Positions 50,587-62,403 of a stretch of DNA of 64,000 bases are shown here, one piece after another. A program made the position numbers and the translations under genes. The DNA is from Verrucomicrobiota bacterium (GTDB lineage Bacteria > Verrucomicrobiota > Verrucomicrobiia > Opitutales > Coraliomargaritaceae). The stretch covers positions 52,233-116,232 of the forward strand of contig JBCBZJ010000007.1 in assembly GCA_039815375.1 (NCBI GenBank), read 5' to 3'. Numbering within the stretch: position 1 is the first letter of the stretch; the number at the start of each line of letters is the position of its first letter. Below the pieces are notes generated by a model. It did no database searches. It worked only from the letters and a program-made list of their open reading frames with translations, and had not been told where the DNA came from.

Positions 50587-51510
50587 TCAAAGTGGGCGAG
50601 CCGGGAAGTAAATACGGCGCTTATAGAACTCACTGTTTGCGGCAACAAAGGATTCTGCGTCAGCAAAACCAGATTGCGCAATATTGTCAGTTCGCAGCAA
50701 CTGCATGGCTTCTTTTGAAATAACCTGGAGGCTAATATCAGCATAGGCCAGAGGTTGGCGGATGCTCGAGCCTGGCCCAATCGTGGCATTGGTTCCGCCA
50801 TATCTTAGCGGCTCAGTTTCCGTATCAAATACTTCCTCATCACCCAGATCATTTATATAATAGAAGGTAACTCGGAAATCGACGACATTGGAAGAGAGGT
50901 AGTTTTCTTCGTTTTGCGTTGCAGGATAATCGTCACCATTCGTGTTGCGTTGAATACTCGAAGTGACTGTATCTTCGCCGATCCATAAATCAAAGGTTTC
51001 TTGATTACCTTCACCGAGGAGGACCTCGAACGTGGTTTTTGGATCGATCAAGCGGCGGTGCAAAGCAAAAAGATTGTCTTCAGTGTCTTCCCCATCAACA
51101 GGGTCCTGATAGACTAACTGATAGCTGATCGCACAAATATCTCCCGGAACATCGTTACCTGCAGCATCTTCCTGGGGTCGATCAAGTGCTGGCGCAAAAA
51201 GAAGTAGGCGAGTCGTTTGAAATTCAGGGCCACCGAGAGGGTTTGGAACTTGCTCCTGCACCACTTCCATCCACTGGAGCCCGTTGTTCCGAAAGACCGC
51301 TGTCTCAAGATCACTGGTTAGCAGCTCCATTGCGATGCGCGCGTCAGCGTTTGAGGAGAGCTTATCTGCCGAGCGATTCCATACATTCAGAACCTGACTG
51401 GTTATCTGGATAACTAGGCCCACCATGATAATCATGATGACAGTTGCCACCATGATCTCGATCAATGTGAACGCACGTTTTTTAAGAAAGCTTCTGGCTG
51501 CGTGTTTCAT
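50587..51510 (-). CDS. Prepilin-type protein, PulJ/PilW-like
   Basis: KKRA|FTLIEIMVA N-methylation motif; AMELLTSDLETA helix. Confidence 0.85.
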   Translation of the reverse strand: MKHAARSFLKKRAFTLIEIMVATVIMIIMVGLVIQITSQVLNVWNRSADKLSSNADARIAMELLTSDLETAVFRNNGLQWMEVVQEQVPNPLGGPEFQTTRLLLFAPALDRPQEDAAGNDVPGDICAISYQLVYQDPVDGEDTEDNLFALHRRLIDPKTTFEVLLGEGNQETFDLWIGEDTVTSSIQRNTNGDDYPATQNEENYLSSNVVDFRVTFYYINDLGDEEVFDTETEPLRYGGTNATIGPGSSIRQPLAYADISLQVISKEAMQLLRTDNIAQSGFADAESFVAANSEFYKRRIYFPARPL

Positions 51511-51512
51511 AC

Positions 51513-52187
51513 CTAGCGAACGACTGCCGTGTTATAGGTAAAGATCGGCTCTATGTCATTCAGACCTGCAAGACCTGGGTCAACGGGAACAGCACCAGTT
51601 CCACCAGCTGAGACCGTAGTGTCCGTTTCGATTCGAAAAATTCGAGCTTCCAAAGCAAAGTAGCCTTCATCATATGATGCCAGGTCGCCTGCCAGAGTGT
51701 AAATACCTGTTGATGAATCTCTTGCAGCACTGCGATGATCTGGGGGCGTAACGGAAGAAGCACTTAGCACAATTCTATAGACCGGGCCTGCCAGATTATC
51801 AAAGTCGCTGCTATCCAGAACCGCATTGGTCTCGCCATCAAAACCGATACCAATGTCCTGAGTTGTATCGGTTGGGCCAGTAAACCTGCGAAAAAAGAAG
51901 ACGGTTGCGTAACCGTCGTTCTGGACCGCATTGTAAATCTCATCAAATTTCGTGGTAGGCAACGCCGCTGAACGGTCAGCGATGTCGGGAGAGCTCTGAA
52001 GAAACGCGTTTAGTGTATTCACTACTGAAGTGATCTCGTCGATTTCTTCGACCTTATCGACCGATTTGAGAGTAGGTCCAAGCAGGCCCACGAGTGCCAG
52101 AATTGTCACGAGGAAGATACCAATCGCAAAAACAACTTCGATCAAACTGAAGCCAGCTCTTACTTTCAATATGGTGTTACCAAACAT
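51513..52187 (-). CDS. Prepilin-type protein, PulI/PilV-like
   Basis: RAG|FSLIEVVFAIGIF...LVGLLGP. Confidence 0.85.
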   Translation of the reverse strand: MFGNTILKVRAGFSLIEVVFAIGIFLVTILALVGLLGPTLKSVDKVEEIDEITSVVNTLNAFLQSSPDIADRSAALPTTKFDEIYNAVQNDGYATVFFFRRFTGPTDTTQDIGIGFDGETNAVLDSSDFDNLAGPVYRIVLSASSVTPPDHRSAARDSSTGIYTLAGDLASYDEGYFALEARIFRIETDTTVSAGGTGAVPVDPGLAGLNDIEPIFTYNTAVVR

Positions 52188-52200
52188 ATGTGATCGTATT

Positions 52201-52899
52201 TCAATTAATATCGGAAGGGTCGTCTACGACGCTGGTTGTCCCGACCCGGCGAAAGATTAGCGCAGCTTTTAGATTCGCTTTGTCAGGCTCGCTGAAATCG
52301 ACCGTAAATGAATCTCCAGCTCCGGGCTTTAAAGTTCCGGCCTGCATCACCAGCCAACTGTTTTGAAAGTTTGTTCCCATCGTTCCGTTACTTTTAAACG
52401 AATAGTAATAGTAGGTTTCGCCCCCTCCCCCATTTAGGCGGTCAGTATTATTGCCGGCGGTTCGGCGAGGATAGTCCAGCGTCATCGTAGGTGCAGACCA
52501 TGAACTCGGACTATTGTCGCTTAGATCAGGGTTCAGGTAAATGCCTTCTGGCAAATAGGTTCCCTGTGTCGCAGGCAACCAACCTTCAACGCCATTCTCA
52601 TCCGTACCCCAGTAGACGATACCGAAGAAACGAAGCCATTTATCTAGTTCGCCATCTGAATTTGTTTCAGAGTAGACGATAAGTCTCGTCTCTGCGTTCT
52701 TAAGAATAGCCTGCCCCCGAGCACCCTGAGCAATACCCGAGACGATTCGCTGAGAGGAGCTGAGCTTGGCACCATCTCCACCCGAACCACTAATGAAGAT
52801 GATCGAAGAGGCGATTAGGATGATGCTAATCACGACAAGCAGTTCTACCAGCGTGAAAGCTGCGCGGCGCCCATCCAAAAGTTTGAATGACTTTAGCAT
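52201..52899 (-). CDS. Prepilin-type protein, PulH/FimT-like
   Basis: RRAA|FTLVELLVVISII; ARGQAI; likely start 52899. Confidence 0.85.
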   Translation of the reverse strand: MLKSFKLLDGRRAAFTLVELLVVISIILIASSIIFISGSGGDGAKLSSSQRIVSGIAQGARGQAILKNAETRLIVYSETNSDGELDKWLRFFGIVYWGTDENGVEGWLPATQGTYLPEGIYLNPDLSDNSPSSWSAPTMTLDYPRRTAGNNTDRLNGGGGETYYYYSFKSNGTMGTNFQNSWLVMQAGTLKPGAGDSFTVDFSEPDKANLKAALIFRRVGTTSVVDDPSDIN

Positions 52900-52900
52900 A

Positions 52901-53488
52901 CTAGTCCCAAAGCGCGTAACCCGGATTTCCGTCAGCATCTGGTTCAACCCACATTGTGACATTCGTGCGAATCGGGTCGGACGGGCTGGCAGGTGAAGTA
53001 CCAGCTACATCAGGATCTATCAAGCCATCGCCATCTCCATCCAACCTGACCTTGATGTTGACATTCCCGAAACGGTCCGCGAGTTGGGTCTGACTGATCG
53101 AGTTATCATCCTCCAGCAAGAAGTCTGAGTCAGAGAATGAATGGAACGGACTGCTACGTCTATTCCCCCCTGTCTGCACAACCGCTCCGGTGGTTGGGTC
53201 TTTCCCGGAAAGCGTCTCGATAAAGGCCTGACTTTGTGCACCACTTGACAAATCGATAGTGGTATCCGCACCGCCAGTAACGAATGGCAGGTAATTATAC
53301 TCTCCCTTAAACATTTGGATGGCATTTACATAGCCAGATATTTGCGCCTTCGAGGCGGCCACGTTGGCTTGCTTGCGCACTGCTCCAATTGCTGGAATTA
53401 GGATTCCAGCCAGGATTGCTATAATGGCGACCACCATTAGAAGCTCGATAAGTGTGAAAGCACTTTCGTTATTGTTTTTTGACTGCAT
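52901..53488 (-). CDS. Prepilin-type protein, PulG-like
   Basis: ESA|FTLIELLMVVAIIAILAGILIP; AIQMFKGEYNYLP; DRFGN. Confidence 0.87.
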   Translation of the reverse strand: MQSKNNNESAFTLIELLMVVAIIAILAGILIPAIGAVRKQANVAASKAQISGYVNAIQMFKGEYNYLPFVTGGADTTIDLSSGAQSQAFIETLSGKDPTTGAVVQTGGNRRSSPFHSFSDSDFLLEDDNSISQTQLADRFGNVNIKVRLDGDGDGLIDPDVAGTSPASPSDPIRTNVTMWVEPDADGNPGYALWD

Positions 53489-53496
53489 AGCTAAAA

Positions 53497-54159
53497 TTAT
53501 TCTACTGCGTAAATATTATCAACGTTGTTCGCCACTTCACGCCAGTTCTGATCGATCAACCCATCCTGGTCGGCAGATTGGAGAGCAACATTTCCATCGG
53601 GACCTGAAGACATGAGCACATAGCCGAAGTTATCCCAAGTGGCACTACTGCGATCATAAATATAAACGTAGGGATTTCCCCATGGATCCAAGATATAAAT
53701 TTCTTCATCCGGCACTCCATTCGCCGGAAGTTCTCCGTTTTCGCTTGATAGGAAAAGATTAGAAGTATCCAGAAAACCCTCCGTTTGTGTCAATAAGTCG
53801 GGGCTCATCGAGACGATTTGGCCATTTCGCTCGAGCCGCGTCCAACCGATCAAAGCTTTCAGTAAAGCATTCGCATTGGGATTGCTCAATGTGACTGGAT
53901 CACCGTCAGGGTCCGTGGTCTCCTCAACCCACGGGTAATCGCCGTAGCGCACTTTAAATTGTTCCAATGCCTGTGAAATTGAAGCAAGTTCAGCTTTAGC
54001 ACGTGCACTTGCCTGTGCATTTTGCACACCTCTAGAGATGCCAAAGGTGATACCGGCAAGCACCCCGATCACAGCAATGACCATCAGCAGTTCAACCAAG
54101 GTGAAGGCTGCTCGACGCTGATTTTGAATTCCTGATTGTGTGGGGATTAAGGTAGGCAT
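53497..54159 (-). CDS. Prepilin-type protein, PulG-like
   Basis: RRAA|FTLVELLMVIAVIGVLAGI; ALEQFKVRYGDYP; DPWGNPYVY; SSGPDG. Confidence 0.9.
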   Translation of the reverse strand: MPTLIPTQSGIQNQRRAAFTLVELLMVIAVIGVLAGITFGISRGVQNAQASARAKAELASISQALEQFKVRYGDYPWVEETTDPDGDPVTLSNPNANALLKALIGWTRLERNGQIVSMSPDLLTQTEGFLDTSNLFLSSENGELPANGVPDEEIYILDPWGNPYVYIYDRSSATWDNFGYVLMSSGPDGNVALQSADQDGLIDQNWREVANNVDNIYAVE

Positions 54160-54265
54160 GGGGATCTGCTCGACATCGTCTTAAAACGATAAGTCAATAA
54201 CATCTCGGTCTATCGCCCAAGTGTCAACACCACGCATTAGACAGAAGCTGAGAATCTCACACTAT

Positions 54266-55102
54266 CTAAACGGTATAAGGTTTCTTGAAGATGGCACCGC
54301 TACGGCGGCGTTCTGCGATTTTCTCACGCTCATCCTCATTCATCGGCACGGGGTCGCTCGTTTCAGGGTCGATTTTCCACATCGCTGGCTGTAAATCATG
54401 GTCGACAGCTACCCTGTAATCAAAAACGAAGCAATCGCCCTCCCAAAGGCTACGATCCTTGGGCATCATTTCCAGATAACGCAGGACGCCACCCTTCAGG
54501 TGAAAGACGTGTTTGAAGCCTTTCTGTTTCAAATAAGCTGTCGAGCGTTCGCAACGAATGCCGCCGGTGCAATACATGGCGATCTTCTGATCTTCTTTTC
54601 CCTTTAGCTCATTCTCAACAAATTCAGCAAAGGAAACAAAATCGTCAGTATCAGGGTTTCTTGCACCTTTAAATCGACCGACCCCGACCTCATAATCATT
54701 TCGAGTATCGATCGTGATCACTTCAGGCTTCTGAATCAGTTCGTTCCATTCGTCCGGTTCAAGATAAGTCCCTACTTTGTCACGGGGATCGGCATCAGGC
54801 TGACGAAAAGTAACGATCTCGGGCTTCTTTTTGACCTTAAACTTAGGGAAAGGGCAGAAGTCGGCATAAGAGTATTTCACTTCCATATCCGCAAATCGAG
54901 GGTCTGACTTGAGTAGCTGGATGGTCGAATCAATCGCTGCCTTTGTTCCCGAGCAGGTTGAGTTGATCCCTTCAGGCGCAAAAATAATTGTGCCTCGTAA
55001 ACCAACGGAGAGCCCATGGTCCACCATTCTGTCCGCCAATTCATTGAAGTCAGGCAGATCAGTGAAGTGATAAAAAGCGGCAATTTTCCAGGAATTGGAC
55101 AT
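54266..55102 (-). CDS. trhO: Rhodanese-domain tRNA U34 hydroxylase (YceA/TrhO family)
   Basis: AAFYHF, GTIIFAPEGIN, KKKPEIVT, DTRNDYE, MYCTGGIRCE, HLKGGVLRYLE, CFVFD.RV. Confidence 0.9.
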   Translation of the reverse strand: MSNSWKIAAFYHFTDLPDFNELADRMVDHGLSVGLRGTIIFAPEGINSTCSGTKAAIDSTIQLLKSDPRFADMEVKYSYADFCPFPKFKVKKKPEIVTFRQPDADPRDKVGTYLEPDEWNELIQKPEVITIDTRNDYEVGVGRFKGARNPDTDDFVSFAEFVENELKGKEDQKIAMYCTGGIRCERSTAYLKQKGFKHVFHLKGGVLRYLEMMPKDRSLWEGDCFVFDYRVAVDHDLQPAMWKIDPETSDPVPMNEDEREKIAERRRSGAIFKKPYTV

Positions 55103-55257
55103 AGCAATAGCAGTCTAAGATAAAGTGAACGTAATAGAAGCTTAAGTTTTTATGTCTTGTGCCGCTTGAGTCGAACTGTCAAAGCCGACCGCTTCCGAAA
55201 ACCTTGCCGGATGAGCCGAATCGTCATGCGCAGACATTTTTTCACCTGAGAGACACC

Positions 55258-56802
55258 ATGGACACCACATTTTCCGAATTAGGTCTGCGACCCGAACTTC
55301 TTCAAGCCATCCAAAGCCTTGGATTCGAAACGCCCTCACCCATTCAGGCCAAAACGATTCCGGTTGCCTTGCAAGGCCAGGATATCGTCGGCCTCTCGCA
55401 GACCGGATCCGGTAAAACGGCCGCCTTTGCACTCCCCGCTCTTGAACGGATCGATACAGGGACCGCGGAGCAGCAAGTTCTTGTTCTCTGTCCTACACGT
55501 GAGCTCGCGATTCAGGTCTGCGAAGAGATTAATCGGCTCGGCTCCGCCTTAAAGAACCTCCAGGCCACACCGGTTTACGGCGGCGCTCCAATTGATCGTC
55601 AGATGCGGGCACTGCGAAAAGGCGCACAGATCGTCGTTGGCACACCCGGTCGTGTAATGGACCATCTTCGTCGAAAAACTCTTCGGACCGAATCGATCGA
55701 TCTTTGTATTCTGGACGAAGCAGACCGGATGTTGGACATGGGCTTCCGTGAGGATATGGAGGTCATTCTGGACGCATTACCGGATAACCGGCAGACCTTG
55801 TTCTTCTCAGCCACAATGAACAAAGGCGTTGAAGGCCTGATTCGATCATTCAGTCGTGATGCACAGCAGATCAGTATCGAACGCAAAGCACTGACCGTTG
55901 ATTCGATCGAGCAGGAATACTACGAAGTCCGCAATCGATCAAAGATCGAAGTCATGTGCCGATTGCTCGACATGGAAAACAAACCTCGAGGGATCGTATT
56001 CTGTAATACCAAGCAAATGGTCGAAGACGCTACTGAAGCGCTCGCTGCTCGTGGCTACATAGCCGACCGGATTCACGGCGACATTACTCAATCCAACCGG
56101 GAACGCGTCATTAAGAAATTCCGCGAAGGCACGGTAGAGCTTATGGTCGCAACCGATGTCGCAGCGCGCGGTCTTGATATTGACGATATCGACCTTGTTT
56201 TCAATTACGACCTCCCCTACGACCCAGAGGATTACGTCCACCGGATCGGCCGCACTGGCCGTGCCGGCCGTAATGGCAAGTCTATCACTTTTATCTATGG
56301 ACGCGACATCCATCGCCTTGAAGCCATCGAACGCTACACGCGGCAAACAGTTCGCCGTATGCGTATCCCTTCGTTGGAAGAAGTCGAAGGACGCAAAGCC
56401 GACAAGGTCTTCAACCAGGTGCGCGACCTGTTGGAAAACCGCAGCTACAAGAATTATGAGAACCTGGTCGACCGACTATTAGACGCCGGCCACACTCCGA
56501 CTGATATTTCCAGTGCTCTTTTTCATTTACTTCGGCAGAATGAAAGCAACGTAAGTGAGGAAATCGCCGAGGATCGGGAGACCTTTGAACCCAACCCTGT
56601 CCGCAAAAAGAAAAGTAAATCTGGAGGTCGCAAACAGAGTCACTACACAAAAAAGCGAAGCGGCGATTGGAACGAAGGCGGAAAGCACAAGCGCCCGTTC
56701 CAGACCAAGAGTAAAATCGCAGGCTCAAAGCCGAAGAAAAAATCTGAAAATCGCGCGGCTAAGAAATCGGCGCCCAAGCGCCGCTTTAAAATGCCGAAGT
56801 AA
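55258..56802 (+). CDS. DEAD-box RNA helicase (DeaD/CshA-like) with basic C-terminal tail
   Basis: Q motif, [35 protein letters not shown]; likely start 55258. Confidence 0.95.
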   Translation: MDTTFSELGLRPELLQAIQSLGFETPSPIQAKTIPVALQGQDIVGLSQTGSGKTAAFALPALERIDTGTAEQQVLVLCPTRELAIQVCEEINRLGSALKNLQATPVYGGAPIDRQMRALRKGAQIVVGTPGRVMDHLRRKTLRTESIDLCILDEADRMLDMGFREDMEVILDALPDNRQTLFFSATMNKGVEGLIRSFSRDAQQISIERKALTVDSIEQEYYEVRNRSKIEVMCRLLDMENKPRGIVFCNTKQMVEDATEALAARGYIADRIHGDITQSNRERVIKKFREGTVELMVATDVAARGLDIDDIDLVFNYDLPYDPEDYVHRIGRTGRAGRNGKSITFIYGRDIHRLEAIERYTRQTVRRMRIPSLEEVEGRKADKVFNQVRDLLENRSYKNYENLVDRLLDAGHTPTDISSALFHLLRQNESNVSEEIAEDRETFEPNPVRKKKSKSGGRKQSHYTKKRSGDWNEGGKHKRPFQTKSKIAGSKPKKKSENRAAKKSAPKRRFKMPK

Positions 56803-56862
56803 TCATACCTTACATTGAATCTGAGTATTGCCACCCGGGCACTGCACTCCTTCGCTCTCAAA

Positions 56863-57627
56863 ATGTCAAAAATCGAAGAAACCACCTCTTTCGCACGCCC
56901 CGACGGTAGAGCCGTCGACCAACTCAGGTCCATTAGCTTTCAGCCTGGCATTGCCCCTCACTCACTAGGCTCGGTTCTGGTTAGCTTTGGCAATACTCGT
57001 GTTATCTGTGCCGCATCAATCGATAACAAAGTGCCCGGTTGGATGCGTGCCCAAGGCGTCGAGGGGGGCTGGATGACGGCCGAGTATTCCATGCTTCCCT
57101 ACAGTACGCTCGACCGTAAACAACGCGACGTCAGTCGCGGCAAGGCAGATGGCCGGACAATTGAAATCCAGCGACTGATTGGCCGCTCGATGCGTGCAGT
57201 CTTTGACCTTAAGAAACTTACTGGGAAAACGATCTGGATCGACTGTGACGTTCTTCAGGCGGATGGCGGGACACGCACCGCATCCATTACCGGAGCCTAC
57301 GTTGCCGCGCAGATCGCCATTCAAAAACTCATTGCACGAGAAGAGTTGAAGGAAAACCCATTCAGAGACTCGGTCGCCGCCGTATCAGTTGGCGTTTTCA
57401 AGGACACGCCAATTCTCGATCTTAACTATCTCGAAGACAAAGACGCCAGCGTGGACTCAAACCTCGTTATGACAGGCTCCGGGAGATACGTTGAAGTACA
57501 AGGCTCCGGAGAAGAAGCCACATTCTCACGCGAGGAGCTCGACATGCTGCTGCAGCTCGGCGCGAAGGGAATTGCTGAGATCAACGAACTTCAGAAAACT
57601 GCGATCGCCGAGGGCTTGAAAGCTTAG
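56863..57627 (+). CDS. rph: Ribonuclease PH
   Basis: RPDGR, GWMTAEYSMLP, EIQRLIGRSMR, DCDVLQADGGTRTASITG. Confidence 0.97.
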   Translation: MSKIEETTSFARPDGRAVDQLRSISFQPGIAPHSLGSVLVSFGNTRVICAASIDNKVPGWMRAQGVEGGWMTAEYSMLPYSTLDRKQRDVSRGKADGRTIEIQRLIGRSMRAVFDLKKLTGKTIWIDCDVLQADGGTRTASITGAYVAAQIAIQKLIAREELKENPFRDSVAAVSVGVFKDTPILDLNYLEDKDASVDSNLVMTGSGRYVEVQGSGEEATFSREELDMLLQLGAKGIAEINELQKTAIAEGLKA

Positions 57628-58010
57628 CCTCCTGCCAAAACTGGCTGGTAGCTGCGCTTTTCAAGCTCGAGGATAACCCGGTCCCTCACATCACCCTGGA
57701 GCTCGATGACACGACCTTTAAGAGTGCCACCACAGGCAGAGGCTTTCTTGAGATCGAAGGCCAAGGACTCCAGTTCCTTCAGCGGAATATGAGTCGGAAA
57801 CGCACTCAGACTCGTGACTGTCTTACCACCGCGGCCTGCTTTTTCACGACGCACTTCGACCCTGCCCTTCGAAGCTTTTTTCTTTTCCGGCGAGCTGCGC
57901 TTTTGCAATGGCTTAGGTGCGGACCCAGCTGGCAAACTGCCCAAATTCATACCATCAAAAGGATTACTTCCAAAAGAGTCGCCACCATCAGTAGAGATAC
58001 GCTTGCTCAT
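57624..58010 (-). CDS. yciH: SUI1/eIF1-like translation factor YciH
   Basis: RREKAGRGGKTVT, LKKASACGGT, IELQGD, AGG C-terminus. Confidence 0.92.
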   Translation of the reverse strand: MSKRISTDGGDSFGSNPFDGMNLGSLPAGSAPKPLQKRSSPEKKKASKGRVEVRREKAGRGGKTVTSLSAFPTHIPLKELESLAFDLKKASACGGTLKGRVIELQGDVRDRVILELEKRSYQPVLAGG

Positions 58011-58219
58011 GTTTTATGAGGCAAATCCGGATTATCCAGCCATTCAAGAGCTTTTACATAACTTCTCTTGGTTAAATAATGCTCCAAACGTTCCGGGATA
58101 CCAGGCTCTTCCGATGCCGTATCCAATCGGCTCAGCACCTCGCGAAGGCTTTCTCCCTGATCCACGGCTCTTTGCTGTGTAATGCACTCCAGATCAGATC
58201 GGATTTGATCGAAATTCAT
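58007..58219 (-). CDS. Small hypothetical protein
   Basis: 70 aa, ATGA overlap with yciH (translational coupling); RLEHYLTKRSYVKAL motif. Confidence 0.7.
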   Translation of the reverse strand: MNFDQIRSDLECITQQRAVDQGESLREVLSRLDTASEEPGIPERLEHYLTKRSYVKALEWLDNPDLPHKT

Positions 58220-58301
58220 ATCTTCGTATCAAGGTAAAAAGACGCAAATGCAAGGAATTTAGGCATTTCCCAAAGTAAGGGATTCTAATACATATGACAT
58301 T

Positions 58302-58330
58302 TTGCTTTTGGAATTTGTATTTCTTATAAT
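58302..58330 (+). promoter_or_regulatory. Sigma70-type promoter of sucA-sucB-lpdA
   Basis: TTGCTT-N17-TATAAT ending 42 nt before the sucA ATG. Confidence 0.65.
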
Positions 58331-58372
58331 CAAAGCCTAAGTCTACGCTCAACTTTTTTCGAAGCGTTTGCC

Positions 58373-61126
58373 ATGAAACAATCCTCCGCTGCCGGTCGCT
58401 GGAACGCAGACCTAATCGACCAGAAATACGAAATCTGGTTAACTGATCCGAGCGCGCTCGACCATGAGTGGCGCGCTTTTTTTGAAGGTTTTAACATCGG
58501 GCTGAGCGAAAGCACCTCGATTGGGGGTAGCGATATCCAGACTCGCTCTTCCTCCTTGGAAGATTCAGATGCAACCAAGCAGGCACGCGCCATCGGCTTG
58601 ATTTATGCCTACCGCTCCATTGGGCATACCATTGCCGCATTCAATCCACTGACAAAGGAAAAGCCGGTTAATCCGCGACTTACCCTGCAGCGTCTGGGTT
58701 TCGAAGAAGCAGATCTAAAAAAGATTTTCCACACAGGCAATTACCTCGGCGGGATCGAAATGAAACTCGGCGAGCTGATTGAGCGCCTGGAAAAGACCTA
58801 TTGCAAGTCCACTGGCATCGAATACATACACATCCAGGAAACACCGAAGCGGCGTTGGATTCAGGCATACATTGAACCCGAGTGTTTCGAACCGCGCTTC
58901 CCGAAGGAAAAGAAGAAGATGATTCTTGCTTCGATCCTTGAGGCGGAGACTTTCGAGAGTTTCCTGCAAAATCGTTACGTTGGCCAGAAGCGTTTTTCGC
59001 TCGAAGGGGGCGAAACACTGATCGCTTGCCTTGAAAGCATCCTGCAACGAAGCAGCCGTAACAAAGTCGACGAAATTGTCATGGGGATGGCTCATCGCGG
59101 TCGACTCAATGTACTGGCAAACTTTCTGGGAAAATCCTTTGATTACATTCTCCGTGAGTTCTCGGAAAACTACGTCCCGGACACAATCTACGGCGATGGC
59201 GATGTGAAATACCACCTTGGTTTCGAAACCAAGCGCACAACTGAGGACGGCCATGAGGTCGAGATTCGCTTGGCCGCAAACCCGAGCCATCTCGAGGCTG
59301 TCAATCCGGTCGTTGAAGGCAAGGCGCGGGCGCGCCAGCGCATACGTGGAGACCTTGAACGTAAGCGTGTATTGCCAATCCTGATACACGGTGATGCTGC
59401 AATCGCCGGCCAGGGGATCGTTGCCGAGGTTTTCAATTTCTCACAGCTCGAGGGCTATCGAACAGGTGGCACCATACATATCGTAATTAACAATCAGATT
59501 GGCTTCACGACAAGGCCGGAGGATGCGCGTTCGAGTCGCTACTGCACTGATGTTGCGAAGATCGTCGAGGCGCCTATTTTCCATGTCAACGGCAACGATC
59601 CACTTGCTGTTGTCGCAGCGGTAGACGCAGCCTTCGATTACCGTCAAACCTTCGGTTGTGACGTCGTCATCGACATGTATTGCTGGCGCAAGCACGGACA
59701 CAACGAGTCCGATGAACCCGCCTTCACCCAACCCGTTCTTTATAAGAAAATTTCCAGCATGAAGGCCGTAGGCCAGTCTTTTGCGGATCGCTTGGTTGAA
59801 AGTGGCGAATTCACAGAAGGCGAAGTTAAAGCCATTGAACACGATTATCTCCAGCGCCTGGAAGCAGCCTTTGAAATTGTTAAGGCTGAGGAGAACGTGA
59901 AAAGTAACCCGTTCGAAGGCTCTACTGCAATGCAGCAAGCGCCCTATAACTTTAAAGGTTTTGAAACCGGCGTATCCAAGGAAACACTACATCACATCGT
60001 GAAGGAGCACACGAGGTTCCCCGATGGCTTCAACGTCAATCGCAAGATCCTACGCCAGATGAATGCAAAGTTAAAGGCATTCGAGGAAGATACCGGTATC
60101 GACTGGGGCATGGGAGAAGCTCTGGCATTCGGCACACTACTTATGGAAGGCACGCCCGTGCGTATCAGTGGACAGGACTCGAAGCGAGGCACGTTCAGTC
60201 ATCGGCATGCGGTCGTCTATGATTCGGAAACTCGCGAGCGCTATACCAACCTGCTAAATCTAAGTGAAGATCAGGCGCAGTTCTGTGTGCACAATTCCCT
60301 ACTTTCTGAAGCAGCAGTTCTCGGTTTCGACTATGGTTACTCGCTGGATTATCCACAGATGCTCTGTATCTGGGAAGCTCAGTTCGGCGATTTCGTCAAT
60401 GGAGCCCAAGTTATCATTGACCAGTTTATAACCAGCTCCGAGTCCAAGTGGGGCCGCCTGAGCGGAATTGTCATGCTTCTACCGCACGGCTACGAGGGCC
60501 AGGGTCCGGAACACTCCTCTGCTCGCCTCGAACGCTTTTTGCAGGCTTGTGCTGAAAACAACATTCAGGTCTGCAACCTCACCACACCAGCGCAACTCTT
60601 TCACGTCCTTCGCCGCCAGATGAAGCGGGAGTTCAAGAAACCGCTTATCATCATGTCGCCCAAGAGCCTGCTCCGGCACAAAGATTGCGTATCCAAAGTC
60701 GCTGAGTTTACCAAAAACGAGTTCTGGTCCATTCTAGACGACGAAAAGATCGTGAAGAAGAACGCCAAGCGGATCATCCTTTGCTCCGGCAAGATCTATT
60801 ACGATCTTAAGGCTTATCGCGATGAGAATAAGATTAAGGATAGCGCTCTGATCCGTGTTGAGCAACTCTACCCTCTCAATACGGAACGCGTGAAGAAACT
60901 GGTTTCAAAGTATCCGGAGGATGCTGAAATCGTCTGGTGCCAGGAAGAACCCAAAAACATGGGCGCCTGGACCTTTATGGTGCCTTATCTTTTAGAAACC
61001 CTCGGCAAAATGCCACGCTTTGCCGGACGGAAACCATCCGCAAGCCCCGCTGTAGGTTCTCTTGCGAAACACAAAAGAGGGCAACTTCGTCTGATCGAAG
61101 ACGCCTTCGGCACACTCAAGTCTTAA
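58373..61126 (+). CDS. sucA: 2-oxoglutarate dehydrogenase E1
   Basis: [60 protein letters not shown]. Confidence 0.98.
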   Translation: MKQSSAAGRWNADLIDQKYEIWLTDPSALDHEWRAFFEGFNIGLSESTSIGGSDIQTRSSSLEDSDATKQARAIGLIYAYRSIGHTIAAFNPLTKEKPVNPRLTLQRLGFEEADLKKIFHTGNYLGGIEMKLGELIERLEKTYCKSTGIEYIHIQETPKRRWIQAYIEPECFEPRFPKEKKKMILASILEAETFESFLQNRYVGQKRFSLEGGETLIACLESILQRSSRNKVDEIVMGMAHRGRLNVLANFLGKSFDYILREFSENYVPDTIYGDGDVKYHLGFETKRTTEDGHEVEIRLAANPSHLEAVNPVVEGKARARQRIRGDLERKRVLPILIHGDAAIAGQGIVAEVFNFSQLEGYRTGGTIHIVINNQIGFTTRPEDARSSRYCTDVAKIVEAPIFHVNGNDPLAVVAAVDAAFDYRQTFGCDVVIDMYCWRKHGHNESDEPAFTQPVLYKKISSMKAVGQSFADRLVESGEFTEGEVKAIEHDYLQRLEAAFEIVKAEENVKSNPFEGSTAMQQAPYNFKGFETGVSKETLHHIVKEHTRFPDGFNVNRKILRQMNAKLKAFEEDTGIDWGMGEALAFGTLLMEGTPVRISGQDSKRGTFSHRHAVVYDSETRERYTNLLNLSEDQAQFCVHNSLLSEAAVLGFDYGYSLDYPQMLCIWEAQFGDFVNGAQVIIDQFITSSESKWGRLSGIVMLLPHGYEGQGPEHSSARLERFLQACAENNIQVCNLTTPAQLFHVLRRQMKREFKKPLIIMSPKSLLRHKDCVSKVAEFTKNEFWSILDDEKIVKKNAKRIILCSGKIYYDLKAYRDENKIKDSALIRVEQLYPLNTERVKKLVSKYPEDAEIVWCQEEPKNMGAWTFMVPYLLETLGKMPRFAGRKPSASPAVGSLAKHKRGQLRLIEDAFGTLKS

Positions 61127-61149
61127 TTCTAAACTCTACTGATTTTCCA

Positions 61150-62379
61150 ATGGCAACTGAAGTATCCATCCCCGCAATGGGAGAATCCATCACGACCGGC
61201 ATTTTGGCCGCGTGGCACATTAAATCCGGCGACTACATTGAAGAAGGTCAGGCAATCTACGAACTCGAGACCGACAAAATAACTTCTGAAGCTAACGCAG
61301 AAGTCTCCGGTGTGATCACTATCATGGTCGAGGCTGACGAAGAGGTTGAGATCGGTCAGGTCGTTGCAAGCATCGATGAATCCGCTGGCGAAAGCGCTGC
61401 CAAAGTAAAGAAGACGCCTTCAACTGAGCCCGATACAACAGTTTCCGAAGTGCCCGCACCGGAACAACCAGCAACTCCTGTTGCGAAAATCGATCCGGTT
61501 GCGACGCTTTCTCCTGCTGCCCGAAAAGCTGCCGAGGAAACCGGCGCTGACGTTACCACCATTTCCGGCACCGGTAAAGATGGCCGCGTGACGAAGCACG
61601 ACATTCTATCCGCTCCCGCTCCTTCAGAAGAACCTGCATCGCCTCAACCCACACCTGCTCCGGTATTGCTCAAGGCCGGAGAACGCGAGACGCGGAAGAA
61701 AATGACCCCGCTCCGCAGGAAGATCGCAGAGCACCTCGTCAACGCGACTCAGCAATCTGCGATGCTCACAACCTTCAACGAAGTTGATATGAGTGCCGTG
61801 ATGAAACTTCGTAAGGCCCATCAAGAAGACTTCGTCGAACGCCACGGAATCAAGCTCGGCTTCATGTCTTTTTTCACCAAAGCCGTGACTCATGCCCTCC
61901 AGGCCGTGCCGGAAGTCAATGCACGTATCGAGGGCAATGAAGTCGTCAACCAGCACTATTATGACATTGGGGTAGCCGTCGGCACAGATAAGGGCCTGAT
62001 GGTTCCGATTGTGCGTGATTGCGACCAAAAGGACTTCGCCCAGATCGAAAAAGACATTCTCGGCTACGCGAAAGCGGCCCGCGATGGAAAGATACAAATG
62101 TCGGATCTCCAGGGCGGAGTATTTACCATTTCAAATGGGGGAATCTATGGCTCCATGCTGAGCACACCAATAATCAACTATCCTCAACCGGCAATACTCG
62201 GCCTGCATAACATTCAGCAACGCCCGGTGGTTGTGAACGGCGAAATCGTCGCCCGGCCAATGATGTACCTCGCCCTTAGCTACGACCATCGCCTGATTGA
62301 TGGTAAGGAAGCCGTCACCTTCCTCGTCAAGGTGAAGGAAGCGATCGAAGACCCAAGCCGATTACTTTTCGGCATTTAG
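61150..62379 (+). CDS. sucB: Dihydrolipoyllysine succinyltransferase E2
   Basis: Lipoyl motif ETDKIT, E3-binding [31 protein letters not shown]; start MATEVSIP at 61150. Confidence 0.97.
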   Translation: MATEVSIPAMGESITTGILAAWHIKSGDYIEEGQAIYELETDKITSEANAEVSGVITIMVEADEEVEIGQVVASIDESAGESAAKVKKTPSTEPDTTVSEVPAPEQPATPVAKIDPVATLSPAARKAAEETGADVTTISGTGKDGRVTKHDILSAPAPSEEPASPQPTPAPVLLKAGERETRKKMTPLRRKIAEHLVNATQQSAMLTTFNEVDMSAVMKLRKAHQEDFVERHGIKLGFMSFFTKAVTHALQAVPEVNARIEGNEVVNQHYYDIGVAVGTDKGLMVPIVRDCDQKDFAQIEKDILGYAKAARDGKIQMSDLQGGVFTISNGGIYGSMLSTPIINYPQPAILGLHNIQQRPVVVNGEIVARPMMYLALSYDHRLIDGKEAVTFLVKVKEAIEDPSRLLFGI

Positions 62380-62403
62380 TCTAAGGATAAAATACGAATT
62401 ACC

